64,000 nt of DNA, taken from positions 9,860,001 to 9,924,000 of the forward strand of contig CM119371.1 of the NCBI GenBank assembly GCA_051294905.1. The letters run 5' to 3'. The position numbers were made by a program, and so were the translations under genes. Every line of letters begins with the position of its first letter. Positions within the stretch are counted from its first letter, which is position 1. Positions 1 through 13,794 of this stretch are shown here, one piece after another. This DNA is from Botryllus schlosseri (lineage: Eukaryota). The notes beneath the pieces were generated by a model. The model searched no databases, had not been told where the DNA came from, and was given only the letters and a program-made list of their open reading frames with translations.

Positions 1-410
1 TTGTTGTGCATATATGTCGTGATTTCTGGCCAGGAATCTCACGCCGGGAATCTATTGCTATGCAATACCAACATATCTCAGGAACAATTTAACATAAGCC
101 CAAATTGTGCGTAAGCTTCAAGACATATAAAATATTAACAGATAATTACATTGAAAGTATAGGGATCAATTTACCATACGTTACCATATGCACATAATTC
201 ATGAATGTAGGGAGGCGTTGCAATAGTTTATTATGAAGATTGGTAATTTAACAGAAATTATTCGGTCGCTTTACCAATAATTCGGATCTATGGATTTAAC
301 AAATTGTTAAGAAAAAATTTCCATATTCTGGAAACCCGGCGTAATTTATAACTGCTTTGGCACTGCTTCATTCTGATTCTCGGAAAGAGCATTCCGTCAA
401 GTCCACTTAC

Positions 411-502
411 ATTCATTTTGTAATAGCCTTGGCTTTTAAAGTCATCTTGCAAGCACTCACGAACGTGACCAAACGTCACCTTGTTTTCCCAGTTCGTTTT
501 AC
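411..502 (-). CDS. ITLN: Intelectin-like gene, coding exon 5 (GKTNWENKVTFGHVRECLQDDFKSQGYYKMN); gene continues beyond window start
   Basis: Resembles the intelectin segment GNWxNxxTFGxxxxxxxDDYKNPGYY. Bounded by cag acceptor (503-505) and gtaagt donor; phase-1 start matches the upstream exon. Confidence 0.85.
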
Positions 503-1363
503 CTGGCAACATAGCGAATATAACCTCAAGAGCCTGTTGGAGGTATAGATCTTCAATATGAAATTGAATGGTGTATTCATATTGAAATGTGACCCGAATA
601 TTTGACTGACACTCGTCAGGGCACTCAGTGGTAATTGTCAACAATTATAGTAGAGAGTTTGAAAGAGCATTGTACATCAACATTCGTATCACAATATATG
701 ACCTCACCGGCAAGGAATATTTTATATTCAGGGTGACTAGATTGCCTAATTCAATGTACAATTTTCGATGATACACGGTTACATCGAATAAACTATCAAT
801 ATTTATCACAAATTTTATTCTAAATATCCTGAAATTTTTAATTACGTACCGTTCGCGTTACCGCGGGTTAAGAACGATTCTTTTCGGCGGTATGATATCG
901 AATATTATTGCTAAGTCTCGCAATCACAGTATCAATTCTCGATGATATGCTGCGCCATGCAACTACTAGAAAGACTCGCGATTTCACTATTTTATTGCCG
1001 CCTGACCCACATGTCAAAAAGGTTGCACATGCATGCACTGAACCAAACCAGCTATTTGGTATTACTGCCATTTTCTATTACATTTGGGTACGGGAATTTT
1101 CCGTTTAAATTTTAACAGTCAGTCATTGTAAAATTAAATTACGGGCAACAATATTTACGGAAAAACTTTTTCAACTTCACCTTTCCAAGAGTCGCAAAAC
1201 TGCTGCCAGGACCAGGCCAATATTTTGGTATAGAATATATTTTAACACTGCAAGCATTTTTCCAAGTCTTTCGACTGTACGAACTTCACACTGCAACCTT
1301 CATTATAGCTAGTCAATCGAATAATATGTTTGTACTGCACTGTGCATTCTATTAACCCCGCAC

Positions 1364-1499
1364 CTGTATAATGCGAAGACCTGTCCTTGATGTACGTCGA
1401 CCATCTATCATCGTGGGTACATTTTGCAAGTATGTCACTTTCATGGATACTCGCCACCAGTGTCCAACCACCACCATCTGTTTGCATGTCACAATAGAC
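1364..1499 (-). CDS. ITLN: Intelectin-like gene, coding exon 4 (VYCDMQTDGGGWTLVASIHESDILAKCTHDDRWS...)
   Basis: Fibrinogen-like YCDMxTDGGGWT followed by intelectin-type LVASxHExxxxxKCTxxDRWS. cag acceptor, gtgcgg donor; 136 nt, phase 0->1. Confidence 0.9.
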
Positions 1500-2367
1500 C
1501 TGCACACAAAAACTTATCAGACTGCGTCCCTTTTAATTTAATTGCCCTCTCAAACTCACTAAAGTGGAAAGAATTATTCCGAAACATATGTTATAAATTA
1601 TTTACTCTGTCAAATTTAAAATCGTGCCGTTACGTGTGTTCGTTAACTTAACTCGTCGGGCTATATGGGCTGCATGAACATCAGAGTGAAAACACATTGT
1701 GATTGATTTATTAGCCCAAATACCAAGATATCATTACACCGACATTGCAGCGGCTTATATTTGTGAATCCATATGTTGGCTTCTAAGCATTCGCTAAAAT
1801 ATTGCTGAATTGTTTCATCCTGTGGCGGCCAAACTGGGGCTAATGGATGATTGCACAATTCTCTATCTCGCCAAGAGATACATCCTGATTTTCAAAAAAT
1901 TCTTGCTAAATTTACGTGACTGCACATGGTGTGATTTGATCAATTGAACTATCGAATCGAGTTACGTGCGGCATTGATGACGGACAACGACCTTGATAAA
2001 TTAATCCCGGAGGGGCAAATCACTTTCAACCAAGGGCGGACGATGATTGGTACGAACATTTACAATTGTTTTGTAAAGGTCGTTGAGAAATATTTGAGAA
2101 AAAGAATGCACTGATTTGAAATAAAACGTTGACGACAGAATCACAATCGTGAGAGGTTACATTCATTATCGAAACGTTGATGATATTGGAAAACCTGTAT
2201 GTTTTAGCGGCCGGGCATCGCCTGATGACTGCGAAACTATAGGATGAAATGTCATTACGAAGTTAAAGACGTAAATTTTCCCACCAGTTACCTAACCAAG
2301 TCGAAGTTACGGGGGAATTCGCTTGATCAGTCTGTTGTTTCTGTTATTCATGGTGTTTTTCTACTAC

Positions 2368-2560
2368 AATGATTGTTTACACCAAACCGATATTCTTCAT
2401 TTTGATTCTTTATCTGCCCACATTGAAGACCGCCCACTTGTAATCTCCTTTTAAAAACACCGCTCACGAGGAACAGAGGCCGAGGAGATAGCTAAATAAA
2501 CCTCCTACGCTAATGATGAGATTTTGTAGTAGACCTGGAACCCGTAACCTATTTGTGTGC
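2368..2560 (-). mobile_element. tRNA-derived SINE, degenerate copy
   Basis: Visible similarity to copies at 35742, 41564 and 44288. Confidence 0.55.
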
Positions 2561-2682
2561 AATAAAAGACAATAACACATCGCTATCTTGCTACGGACTA
2601 TGGACAACATTCAGCGAAAAAGGTGACTCAACTACGTATGCTATTTTCCTTGTTTCGGGCCGATACACTGTTGAGTTCTGAC

Positions 2683-3636
2683 TAGGGATGGTGTGAACCT
2701 CTGAAAGGTTCAGGTTCGTGTGAACGTGAACCTTTTTGAAAGGTTCTGTTTGAACACGAACGTGAACCTCATGACGTCACGTGACGTCACATTGCTAATT
2801 TAAACCCCATATTTCAATTAGGTGATTGCCAATATTAATCTACTGTACACGATACCGAGCGACGACTCGGGGCCTCATAATAGCTCAGTACTTAAGTACA
2901 TATTGACGTTTGAAACGTCACCAAATGTATCAACTGGGGCAATCAAATGATATACTAATCCCATAAAATCAGTATCTTGCGTCGCTTTGCCAACAATTTC
3001 GACATGATCGGACAATATATTCGGCGTCTGAGTATTGCCAAATGGATATTCAGCAGAGTGTAAAATGGGTTTCTGTTTCTATACTTGCTACCGATTAACA
3101 AGTTATACAGCAGTATAGCCATCACCCCAGGCGCACGGATTTGGATTTTATGATACAGTATACATATGCAGTCAAGATTGACCCCGTACGCCTGCTAGAT
3201 TTTTACATCAGAAGACGATATCAATATCATTGATTGGTTGAATAAGGATCATATATTGACAAAATACAGTGTATTTCTCTCTTGATGTCATGTGATTCCG
3301 TGTCAAGCTCACAGCACAGAGACACTAAATATGCACAAACGGAAGGCTGGATATTTCGAGCAAACTTTTGTAACAATACAAGTAAATTTTTGAGATTGTC
3401 AAGGGCATGGTCGTTTAGTGTTGAATGTTTTTGCTGCCAGCCCCATGCATAGAGTGGCCCGCAGTTGATAGTCAATAAATTTGAACCAACGATGTTGTAG
3501 TGAAGTGAAAATTGCAATATATGAAAAAGGTTCACAGTACAGAACCTACCAAGGTTCTGTTGTGAACGCGAACCTCAAATTTTCCGAGGTTCACACACAG
3601 AACACGAACGTGAACTTCACGTTCACACCATCCCTA
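2683..3636. mobile_element. hAT-type MITE family A
   Basis: TIR TAGGGATGGTGTGAAC; perfect 8-bp TSD GTTCTGAC; GTGAAC/GTTCAC subterminal repeats; second copy at 33676. Confidence 0.92.
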
Positions 3637-5139
3637 GTTCTGACCAACACACTTGCAGGAAGTATCTCACAGTGCTTTGAAGCCATACCAGCTCTATTTC
3701 AATCACCTATAGCTCCCAGGCAGACCCACAGTGACCACACAACAATATCAATACCTGGTAGATAAATGGTAAGTGAATAAATTCATATTATAAATTTTTA
3801 TTGTTGCGGGTATTAAAAAACTATGTTTGCGATAAGTAGCCAAGACAATTAATAGGTCTGGCTGCTCCGTGTTCGATGAAAAATCAATTTGAGGGCACAT
3901 TTCGTGTTATATGCGATTCAAAAGAAAACAGTGAAACTCAATCTGTCTGTGCAGAATGATGTATAATTGGACATAGGTTGATTCGGTCTCAATTTTACTG
4001 GGAATCAGAATTGGGGAGTGAAGTAACTCAGATGACTGAGTTATGTTTACGGCGGCCTAAATCGAATGTACCTGCTGGATGTGGTCAGCGTTTGGACCAT
4101 CCATGGATATAATACTTTTTGATGTCAGTAATCATGCCGCAAAATGCATCCACGTACTTTCCATTGGATTAAAAACAATTAATCTTGAAAGTCATTGCCA
4201 GACATCATACTATAGTAATAGCGGGTGCAACATTGATATCACGCTCCGATTGATACCTGGTTGGCAGGTCCGCATCTCTCAAAGGTCGGTAATTTCTATG
4301 TTCCAAAAATGAACTAAAATAATTCAAAAATAAGCCGCCATCAAACTCATACGTTCAATTTATATGTTCGTTATAATCATTTGCATTTAATTTTCGTCTC
4401 CGCGACCATCAGGGAGAGGGAAAACGACCCTCTTGGATCGCGGCTCTCAGTTGGAAACCTTTGATATATAGCATATCTGCAGATCCTACTATCGCCTGAA
4501 AGTTGACGTAATTGATGGGAGAGTTCTCCAAGCTCTATAGCAGGGGTTGATAAGTATAGGTCCCGAAGCCTATATATTTGGGTCGTGGCCGCACTAGAGC
4601 GATCTTTTAATATGTATGTAATATTTTCCGAATTTTCGGCAATCAAAAAATTTATTTTCCCATCGCACGATCTTCGAGAGGATACTTTGTTCGTGGCCGT
4701 GTTCATTCATAAGCAGGAAGTGCAGAAAAACGGTCACTTCAATATGGTTTGATCATAAATGTGTGCGGACATTTGTATTGAAATAATTTTTTAATGTCAT
4801 GAGAAGATTTTTCTGACCTTGGCTTCTCTGGAAAGCTGTAACTTGCGTGGATAATACTCGGACATGGAAGAGGTAGATAGGGGCCATAGCTGCGGAACCA
4901 TAAAGTTTTTTTAATGCGCATAAGTTGCAGAAATGATTTTCTCCGTATATTCCTTATTGGAAAAGAACGGTAAATTCCTTATATCGCTTAACACTGTCGT
5001 AGACCATCTGGATGCTTTATTCAAGGGGGGGGGGGAAGGGATATGCTGCGGGTAGATAGGTAGATCATTTATTAAATTCGTCTCACCGGGTAAATTTGAA
5101 ACATTCAAATAATCGGTATGGACAGGAAACGGACGATAC

Positions 5140-5600
5140 GACCGAGTGGTCATCTAGTCAAGCCCTTCCCTAGAGAGCATACAAATTATATCTAACGAGA
5201 CAGACGAACACAACGATAATTTTCAAAAACACAAAAATGGAAGAGATCGGTATAAACGAACAACATACACATAAGAAAGCCATGCTCGAACAGCAATAGC
5301 AACAGTGCATCAATCACAGACCAATAGGTTGATTAGGAGGGTCCAGCAGATAGTCTATCAGTGATTTTTTAAAACCGTTGAAGCTTCGTTCACGAATTGT
5401 AATGGGTATGTTCTTCCAGATGTTAGGACCGGCTAGCAGAAGAGATCGTATTCAGAATTTCTTCTTTACTAAATTTTGGCGGTAATTAGGTGCGGCTGAA
5501 AATCTGGTATTGTGACTATGGGTGGATGTTGATAGTTGTAATTTATCCTCCAAACTAAAAGCAAGCTGTTTATTGTGAAAACGATACATGGATTTAGCTA
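5140..5600 (-). mobile_element. CR1/L2-group LINE 3' fragment
   Basis: Minus translation VAKSMYRFHNKQL...THSHNTR...*IRSLLLAGPNIWKNIPITIRERSFNGFKK resembles the ORF2 C-terminus; contains an internal stop. Confidence 0.7.
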
Positions 5601-6623
5601 CTTAGGTACTTAGCTACTAGGTACGTGAGTATTAGCCACAGGCATGTCTGGGCTGACCCTTTCCGCACCAGGACGCATGAAGACATCAAGTTTATTTGAC
5701 CAACATACGTTTGAGCGAAGAGCGGCGCAAAAAAGATCAGCGGCGATAAAACCATCGCTGGTTGGTCCAAACCCTCGATACTGATATGGCCGATCGTCGA
5801 AATGGTTCTTGCAATCTGAGCCCTGCATCGTACATGTGACCCATCGAGTAGAACAATGCACCCCCATTCGGAAACACCGGCGTCACACATGTTCCATAGA
5901 ACTGTGTTTTGAACAACTTATTGTCTCGACCTTATATATTTCCTACATGCCCGTGAAACCAAGTAACTAACATTAAAATGCATATATTTCGATATGCTAT
6001 GCTTGCCTCGCGAGATGCCAATTAAACTCGCGTTTAGGTCGCAGTGAAAAAAGTTTGAGAACACCACCTTTATAGAATTATATAACAGTGTTTGGATCAC
6101 CAAATGACTTTCGGCTCAAATGTCATTTGGATTTAATTACATTTAATTCAATCCAGAATATATGACAACATAATTTCATTCGAACCTAATATGTCGGCAG
6201 TTGAGAGCATGCCGGTTGGCCGAATATGTTTTGTCTTGCCTGTCGCTGCTGACGGAGTAGAATAGATCAAAACACAAATTGAAATATAATTCTTTAATTT
6301 ACGTATTGGTATCGATGATTTGGTCATTACAATTGCCACGGTCAGGTTCAGAATGATTTGCGAACTAGAACATTTGATGACTTGAACATGACTGACATAC
6401 TACATAAATACTATATATATACACATTCACTTTTCTAAAATGAGTCACACTCGCTGTATGAAACGAGGAGTCAAGTCAAGCTATCAAAAAACGGAACTTG
6501 AGTCATCCAAATATCGAATAATGTTGTCTATTCACGTCTTTCGAATTCGAGGCAGGCTTCGTCGAAAGAGAGGATAACGCTAGAACTCGGTGTCAATATA
6601 CACGCCCATACTATCCTACAAAC

Positions 6624-6741
6624 CTCTCTCAATTCGTTTCTGTCTCCAAGAGCCTCCAATGATTTGATTCCACTGCCTGTGACTCCTCGGTACTTGAGAT
6701 CCAAACATGATTCGAATGTCGACTCGGTCAGCAGCAGTTCA
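6624..6741 (-). CDS. ITLN: Intelectin-like gene, coding exon 3 (ELLLTESTFESCLDLKYRGVTGSGIKSLEALGDRNELRE)
   Basis: Start of the fibrinogen-like domain (SCxDLKxxGxxxSG). aag acceptor, gtttgt donor; phase 2->0 joins exon 2 and the VYCDM exon in frame. Confidence 0.8.
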
Positions 6742-6905
6742 CTTGATTAGATAATGTTACCATCATTTCATGTATTTCAATAAATTTGACATTACATAGT
6801 GTTTCATAGTTTAATCAACTTGCAGTCGTGTATTACAAGCTGGTCTATAGTTCTGGTCAGGCCCTTTCATCGCAGAAAGTTTAGTCTTTGTGGAAGGGTT
6901 TTTCG

Positions 6906-9100
6906 CAGAGGTGGTCAAAGTAGTCAAGAGAAATACTCAAGTAGTAGTAACGACGTGAAAATGTACCTAGGTACGTGTAGAAGTAGTACTTTTAAATGCA
7001 TCCTAATACTTCTTGAAGAAGTATAATTTGACTGACTTAATATCTACTCAAGTAAGTAGATGTGAAAACGGTCGTAATTCGCTCGCGTGAACTGTCAAAA
7101 GCTGCATATTGATCTATGCGGAAGGTGTAGAGAGGTGTAAATGCATCCCAGGATGCATCAATTTTCGATAGATTAAGTATTCGTCCACGTCATGGGATGC
7201 AAATGATATTATCGATATGGAAATCCTTGGTTTTCTCGAACACCCCGTTTAAAAAAATCTCCTCCATATTATAAGGCCCGTAGTTTAGTCGAAAAGCAAT
7301 ATAGAGAAGCGTTATAAGATACGGTGTTAACACTTTTCACGATTAGTATGCGTTAGTAAAAAACTACGCCCGACCGTAAAATTGTCATATGGTGTACTTT
7401 TATTTTCAGAAAATACAGACACTACTACATCTACTTTTATACTTCAACATGTATGTTCTCCAGACAAAAGAACTGAAACTAAGTAGAACTCAAACTAGAT
7501 ACTGGGAATTGATAGAGAAATACAAATACTACTTCTGAACAGCGGAAAATATATTTCATGTCCCTTGTCCAGAATGATTCAATGGTTGTCTGCTAACACA
7601 GGTCTAACGTTTGAAAAAAGTCAGAATTTCCTTTTCCAGATTAGGACACGCCATGGGCTGCTAGATTACGATATTATATAGGTATAATTGCTAGATTGCG
7701 AAACGGTAGTTTCAAACGTCTTGATTGGCCATATTTATTGTAATGAAATATTTCATAGGGGCGACTATCCGGTGTGGACGGTACCACACAGCCCGCTACA
7801 AAAATTATGTTCATCGATACTTCCTTGAAAACAGTGTTGGGATGACTCGAGTCAGACTCGAGTCACCTTTTTCGCATGACTTGACTTGACTCGAGTCACT
7901 ATGCTAAAATGACTTGACTTGACTTGACTCGGCGTATCAGAAATGTGGATTGACTCGTGACTCGGAGCAAAATCCACGAGTCAATTTCAAGTCATCAAGT
8001 TATCGGTGTTGATAAAAATCACTGTATCTTGATTGTTCGTGAAACGCTTGCCTAACCCGTGAGAGCGACTAATCATTCAATGACCGTGCGTTTTACTGAG
8101 CCTCGATTGTTCTCTCACAAATAAATTGACCGCGCACGCAGTGATCGCAGCTTCCTGCTTACGTTGTCGTAACTCTAGTAGTAAAGTAATAGAATAGCAA
8201 AATGTCTATTTCTGTTCTCTGTTCTTACCTTAACCAAACCTCTTGTTTTATTGAAATTAAAGTCGAGTATAGTTTATATAGTCGTCAACCATTGGCGCAG
8301 GCTCGAATGGTATCATATCTATTTGTAAATGGGTAATGTATTGTATCTTATCAATTCCAATTCTCTATTCCCTATTTTTGCTGGTAACTATAAACTGAGG
8401 CTATGCAATTACGTAGTTTAATAGTTCTACGTATATGTGAGCGAAGCAGTGCCTTCTTGCGTGCATATTGAACTCTATATTCGTTCATCGTTTCGGAATC
8501 AATGACTACTCAAACTGTATTTCAGACAGCTAGCAAACTGCAATGACGTGATCATGCCTCATACATACTTCGAAAAGGCAACTTGACTTGAAATGTGACT
8601 TGACTCGTGACTTGACTTGACTTGACTCGACTTGACTCGAGTCACCTTCAAAAATCGAGTGACTTGACTTGACTCGAGTCACCTTTGAAAATCGATTGAC
8701 TTGACTTGACTCGAGTCAAAATGGGCAATGACTCGAAATGACTCGTGACTCGAAGGTAGTGACTTGATCCCAACACTGCTTGAAAACAAATTTGTCACTC
8801 CATATCTACTGTGAGCGAAGCGCGACGAAAATACTGAGCTTCACATAACTTTTATGGAAGGTAAATGTTTGTAGCCTACTCTGTGAAAACAGCCCCGAAA
8901 TTCCTCAGGCTATCTTTCTGATTGGAGGATTAAACTACTTCTCCTTGTCCAACTGAAAATAGCGAAAAGTAAGTATTTCACAAAACATTACGAAGTAAAA
9001 GTAGCGCGAAATAAGATTTACTTGAGTAAGTACCGCAAGTAGCGAACAACTACTACAGTATTTTTAAAAAGTAGAAGTACGTCGTTACTGACCGCCTCTG
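6906..9100. mobile_element. TIR element with AGTAG-rich subtermini hosting a nested MITE
   Basis: TIRs CAGAGGTGGTCA / TGACCGCCTCTG (11/12 match); no clean TSD. Confidence 0.6.
7832..8778. mobile_element. hAT-type MITE family B, copy 1
   Basis: TIR CAGTGTTGGGA; TSD CTTGAAAA; GACTT/GACTCGAGTC subterminal arrays. Confidence 0.93.
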
Positions 9101-9344
9101 TATTTGTCTACTTGACCTAGCACCTAGGTCTGGGGTGGATATAGGTTATGTTCTATTTAGAGGCAGTTTAGGTTCAGTTGATGTGATCAATGTTTAATGT
9201 TTAATTTAAAAGGAAATATTACTCACTCTGACTAACTGTATTTGTATCACTCTAGTAATAAATCAATCCATTCATTTATACCCGGGGTTCACATGCTGTT
9301 ATTAAGATAGAGCCAACGGTAGAAGTAGAAAAGTCCGTATATGG

Positions 9345-10449
9345 TAGGGTTACCAATTTCTGTGACCCGAATTCCGGACACCCTTTAGCGCCCACTAGTG
9401 GATTTCAAAATGAGTTATGACGTCACACCAGTAAGGCTTTGCTCATAGACCAGAGGTGGTCATGATCCGGTTCAGGATTATGTGCCTGTGTGTTGTGTGA
9501 CCGGGACCGAAAGCACATGTTTTCAGCCCCTTCCCGCCCAAATCAACAAAGATTTTGAGCCCATCATAGGGTAATCGATGCAAATTCTGGTTGGGGGCTT
9601 GCTATATGAATCTGGTTTCTATATGCATTATGTCGTTAAATTTTTTGAATCAATTCTGTCAATAATATTGATTGTTCGGTTGTTCCATATATTACTGTAT
9701 AAATAGTTACTACTCTCCGCCCACATGATCAGAGTTGGCGGTAGAACTGGTGGAGGATGATCAGTTCGAAAATACAGGGAGCGTAATTGTACATCGTTAA
9801 GTCATTTTCATGCCCAACCGATAAGATCGTTTATGCCGGTGCGCATCACGGAGCTTTATAAACACCCCACATCCAGTGGTTTCCAATCTCCTATGGTCGC
9901 GACCACGTCTCCAATTTGAAAATGTTCCGTGACCCGGATCAAAATTTGACGAGCTGATTACTAAAAGAAGTCAGCACCTTTTCCCGGATTTACTCACGGG
10001 CTATATTGGAAGCTAATTACATTCAACATGGCAAACGACCCCCACGTTTGAAACCACTATCTTTGAATAAAGCATTTAAACGGCCTTAACGATCTCTAGG
10101 AATATACCGTTCTCCTATAATTGCGATTACAATTAGGCTTATTCCAGTAAATGAAGGTGGTTTTTATTTATATTTTATTGCAGTTTTTGCGATGGTGTGA
10201 TAGTCTTCATATTAAAATCAATAAATGTGAAAGGAAATCGCGCGCAGTGCGAAGAAAAATATCATTCATCAGCAAAAATATTCTTAAAAATAATGTTTTT
10301 ATGTTGATTTACGAAAAAATTATCACCCTACGTCGTCAAATCTTCAAAATTCCGGACATCTGGCATATTTTAGAAATTCCTCCCGGACGCTAGTTTGAAC
10401 CGTGAAATTCCGGACATGTCCGAGAAATTCCGGACGTATGGCAGCACTA
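9345..10449. mobile_element. hAT (Tip100-like) non-autonomous element
   Basis: Ends TAGGGTTACCA / TGGCAGCACTA; perfect TSD GTATATGG; CCGGACA subterminal repeats. Confidence 0.85.
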
Positions 10450-10541
10450 GTATATGGTTATCTCAATTGAAAATTAGTTGATATGGTAAGTATCATTACG
10501 ACTTTGGTCGGTGGTCGTCCTCTGGCTATACTGCTTCTCAC

Positions 10542-10743
10542 CTGCTGTCTCCTCCTGCATTATTATTTCCATTATTAGCCTTTGATGCCAAAGGTATCGT
10601 AACCGCTAGTAGAATTGCAATTGCTAGCAATACGGCGCTCGCTCTCCAAACATTTTTCCAACTTCTCTTTTTTGGCTCTGGTGCAGTTGGTATATCGACA
10701 TTGGCGTACGAATGGTTTATACTTTGCTTCGGGTGTAGGCCAT
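10542..10743 (-). CDS. ITLN: Intelectin-like gene, coding exon 2: cytoplasmic tail, transmembrane helix and stalk (GLHPKQSINHSYANVDIPTAPEPKKRSWKNVWRASAVLLAIAILLAVTIPLASKANNGNNNAGGDS)
   Basis: Open frame between ttttcaaatccag acceptor and gtgaga donor, phase 1->2; basic cluster followed by a ~19-aa hydrophobic run. Confidence 0.7.
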
Positions 10744-11187
10744 CTGGATTTGAAAATGTTTTCAGTTAGAGTGACGCATATTCATTGGTGCCTCACTAGG
10801 TTATTGTTTCTCTGCGCTGTTATTATAGGTAAAAAAGCCGGATTTTCTCTGCCTTGGTGCTTTTGAGGGGTTTTGATGCTCCAACAATATTATTATAAGT
10901 TTTGAGAATCAGTACGGCAGTAGCATTCGATTAATACCAGTTACAGTAAATTTCGAGCTGTTTGTGATGAGTCGGCCGTCTTTGCCTCAACTCTCTTTCA
11001 CACTTTCACTTTCACGTCATACAAAAGTAGCCTATTCTTTGTAAGCTCTCTTGGTGACAATCCACACTTTGAATCGGCAGATGTTTATCGTGTTCTCGTC
11101 CCAGCTGTAGCTTACTTAAAACCCCCATGAATTATAATTTCTGAAATTGATAGCAAGGGAAAGTATCTGATATTGAAAGCGTGTTAC

Positions 11188-11248
11188 CTTTGAGCTCACT
11201 AACCGTTGGTGATGTGATAACCGTAATTTGACTCTTTCTATAGCTCAT
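11188..11248 (-). CDS. ITLN: Intelectin-like gene, coding exon 1 (MSYRKSQITVITSPTVSELK)
   Basis: First ATG after an in-frame stop; gtaaca donor in phase 1 matches the next exon; upstream acceptor at 11366-11368. Confidence 0.6.
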
Positions 11249-12779
11249 ATAGGCGGTGGGGTTGATTAAAGTAATCTGTCAGGAAAACGGCCTCTGAATG
11301 ATAGTTTCCATGGATTCACCAAACTATTGTCTGGTGGGTGCACTTCAACGCATATGTCAGTGTTTCTGGATGAAAGATGTTATAAACTAATCTAAACCCA
11401 TACTCACTTCCCCAAACGCAAGATACCCTATGTTACCCAATAACATACAATTTTCATGGCATATGTAGGAAGAAGCAATTTATCAAGAATAGAGCTAAGT
11501 CGGCAAAAGTACTCACCGCATCTGATATACCCCTAATTCGATCTAGCATATAATGATTTTTGAAGAAAAAAAATGTTAGCCTGTGAATTCAATCTGAAGG
11601 TAAGTGGCACGCAGCTGAGTATCAAACAATATAGGTGGAAAAGTTTGAGAAACACTGCCGTGCATGAATCCATGCGTTTGCATTGAACGGGTTGGCTAAA
11701 TTTGATAAAAGTCGACTTCAAGACATACCATTGAAATATTGAACGTCCTTTTCCGACGACGCGAAATCGGTCGTATGGATAATTTCTCATACAAATAGAA
11801 TTATTTATTGAGTATTTGACGATTACAGAATTCATATCCGTTGCCTGTTCGCCCATAATAATAATCAATTTGATACAGATATTCTCCGGTTATCCATACT
11901 TTTGGATCTTTTTAGTGGCCAGCTTACAAGCCTATTTTGAGTACGCCATTGCCACCCATCAGAGCCGATCATTTCACGGATGTTTAAAATGCCGAGCGAA
12001 GTACTGACGTTGGGAATGTTCTCATCACAGCATAGCCCTACAAGGCAATGACTTCTTTAGGAAACGAGAAGTTTATGGAATTTCATATTTTCATTAATCG
12101 TCGTTTGGTGGAGCCAGTCAATCCTAATTTGTGGTTCTCAAGCTTTACTAACCTATCCAAAACATGTTCGCTAATCCACGAGAATTCGAGGAACCCTAAA
12201 TTTTCACTGAGTCCTTATTCAGAAATCTTACACAGTACACGTTTATCCACGCATCTTATACTATTGTGCTGGTGCGGAAAACACACCGTGCGCATAAGTA
12301 GAGTGGAAAAAGAACAACACTCCTGAAAGAATTTTCACACAAAACTAGAACTTGGAACGCAGGTTAACAACCACTGATCCTGATATGACGGAGTGATAGC
12401 ATTTTAGCGCAGTATAATGCAGGCTAGCTCAGGCTCCATGACGATATTAATATCACAGTACCGAATGTTAATGTGAATTCAGTATCGCACTTACCAGTGC
12501 CGAATGGCCATTATATATGAATTATAACTACGTCACTTTCTGATTTGTAGCATCGTTATTCACATCACTGTTAGAAGTGAAAAGTTATGCATCATATAGT
12601 CACTGTGGAGTCGTCGAACAGGTAGCGCGTGTTCTTGAGGTACTCCCATGAAAATTAGATCTGTAGTCTAGACCAGTGGTTCTCAGCCTTTTTGACCACG
12701 CGGACCGATAAAACTTCAAAACAAATGGTGCGGATCGGTGAATGTTCAAAATCAAAATCAACCCGAAATTCAATTATGA

Positions 12780-13731
12780 CAGTGTTGGGATCAAGTCAGT
12801 ACCTTCTAGTCACGAGCCATTTCGAGTCGTTGCACATTTTGATTCGAGTCAAGTCAAGTCAATGGGTTCACGAAGGTGAATCGAGTCAAGTCAAGTCACT
12901 AGATTTTTAGAGGTGACTCGAGTCAAGTCGAGTCAAGTCAAGTCAAGTCACGAGCCAAGTCACAATTCAAGTCAAGTTGCCTTTTCGAAGTATGAGGCAT
13001 GATTACGTCATTACATTTAACTAGCTGTCTGAAATACAGATTGAGTGGTCATTGATTCTGAACCGATGAACGAATATAGCGTTGAATATACATCGAAGAA
13101 GGCGCTGTATCGCTCACATATACGTAAAACTCAGTTTATAGTTACCAGTCAAATTGGAGAATAGAGAATAGAGAAACGAATTGATAACATGCATAACATT
13201 ATCTGTTTACATATTAATATGATACAATTCATGCCTACGATAAGGGTTGAGGAGTATATAAAACTGTATTCGAATTCGAATTCGATAATTCGATAACAAG
13301 AGGTTTGGCTAAGGTAAGTACAGATAACAGTAATATATATTTTCCATAAATTACTTTACTACTAGTTTAGGACAACGTAAGCTGTAAGTTCCATTCATTT
13401 CTTTTGTGGTCAATTTATTTGTCAGGGTACAACGGAGACTCAGTAAAAAGCACGATCATGGAATGGCTGGTCGCTCTCACGGATTACACCAGCGTTTCGC
13501 GAACAATCCGAACATATGCAATATACAGTAAATTTTATCTGCACCTAGTACTTGATTGACTTGAAATTGACTCGTGGGTATTGTTCCGAGTCACGAGTCA
13601 ATTCACATTTTTGATACACCGAGTCAAGTCAAGTCATTTTAGCAAAGTGACTCGAGTCAAGTCAAGTCATACGAAAATGGTGACTGGAGTATGACTCGAG
13701 TCAAGTCATGACTCGAGTCTTCCCAACACTG
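12780..13731. mobile_element. hAT-type MITE family B, copy 2 (inverted relative to copy 1)
   Basis: Same TIR and body as 7832-8778 in reverse orientation; TSD not retained. Confidence 0.9.
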
Positions 13732-13794
13732 GTGATGCAAATGCATGTAACTCAAATTTAATATTGGGAACTTCTTTTAATGATGCGTGTTTCA

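Noticed and set aside
7840..8770. GACTTGACTCGAGTC arrays (also ATTACA and CCATA arrays) as CRISPR or telomeric repeats
   Set aside because: No unique spacers or cas genes; the arrays are subterminal parts of TIR elements bounded by 8-bp TSDs.
9227..9251. 25-nt tag/gtgagt micro-exon in intelectin intron 2
   Set aside because: Inclusion would shift the frame between the phase-2 flanking exons.
11116..11140. 25-nt ag/gtaagc segment in intelectin intron 1
   Set aside because: It would break the frame and leave a very short upstream intron.
12200..12322. ECC...C segment after a strong minus-strand acceptor as an insulin A chain
   Set aside because: It lacks CC-x3-C-x8-C spacing, and the partner B-chain cysteine is missing.
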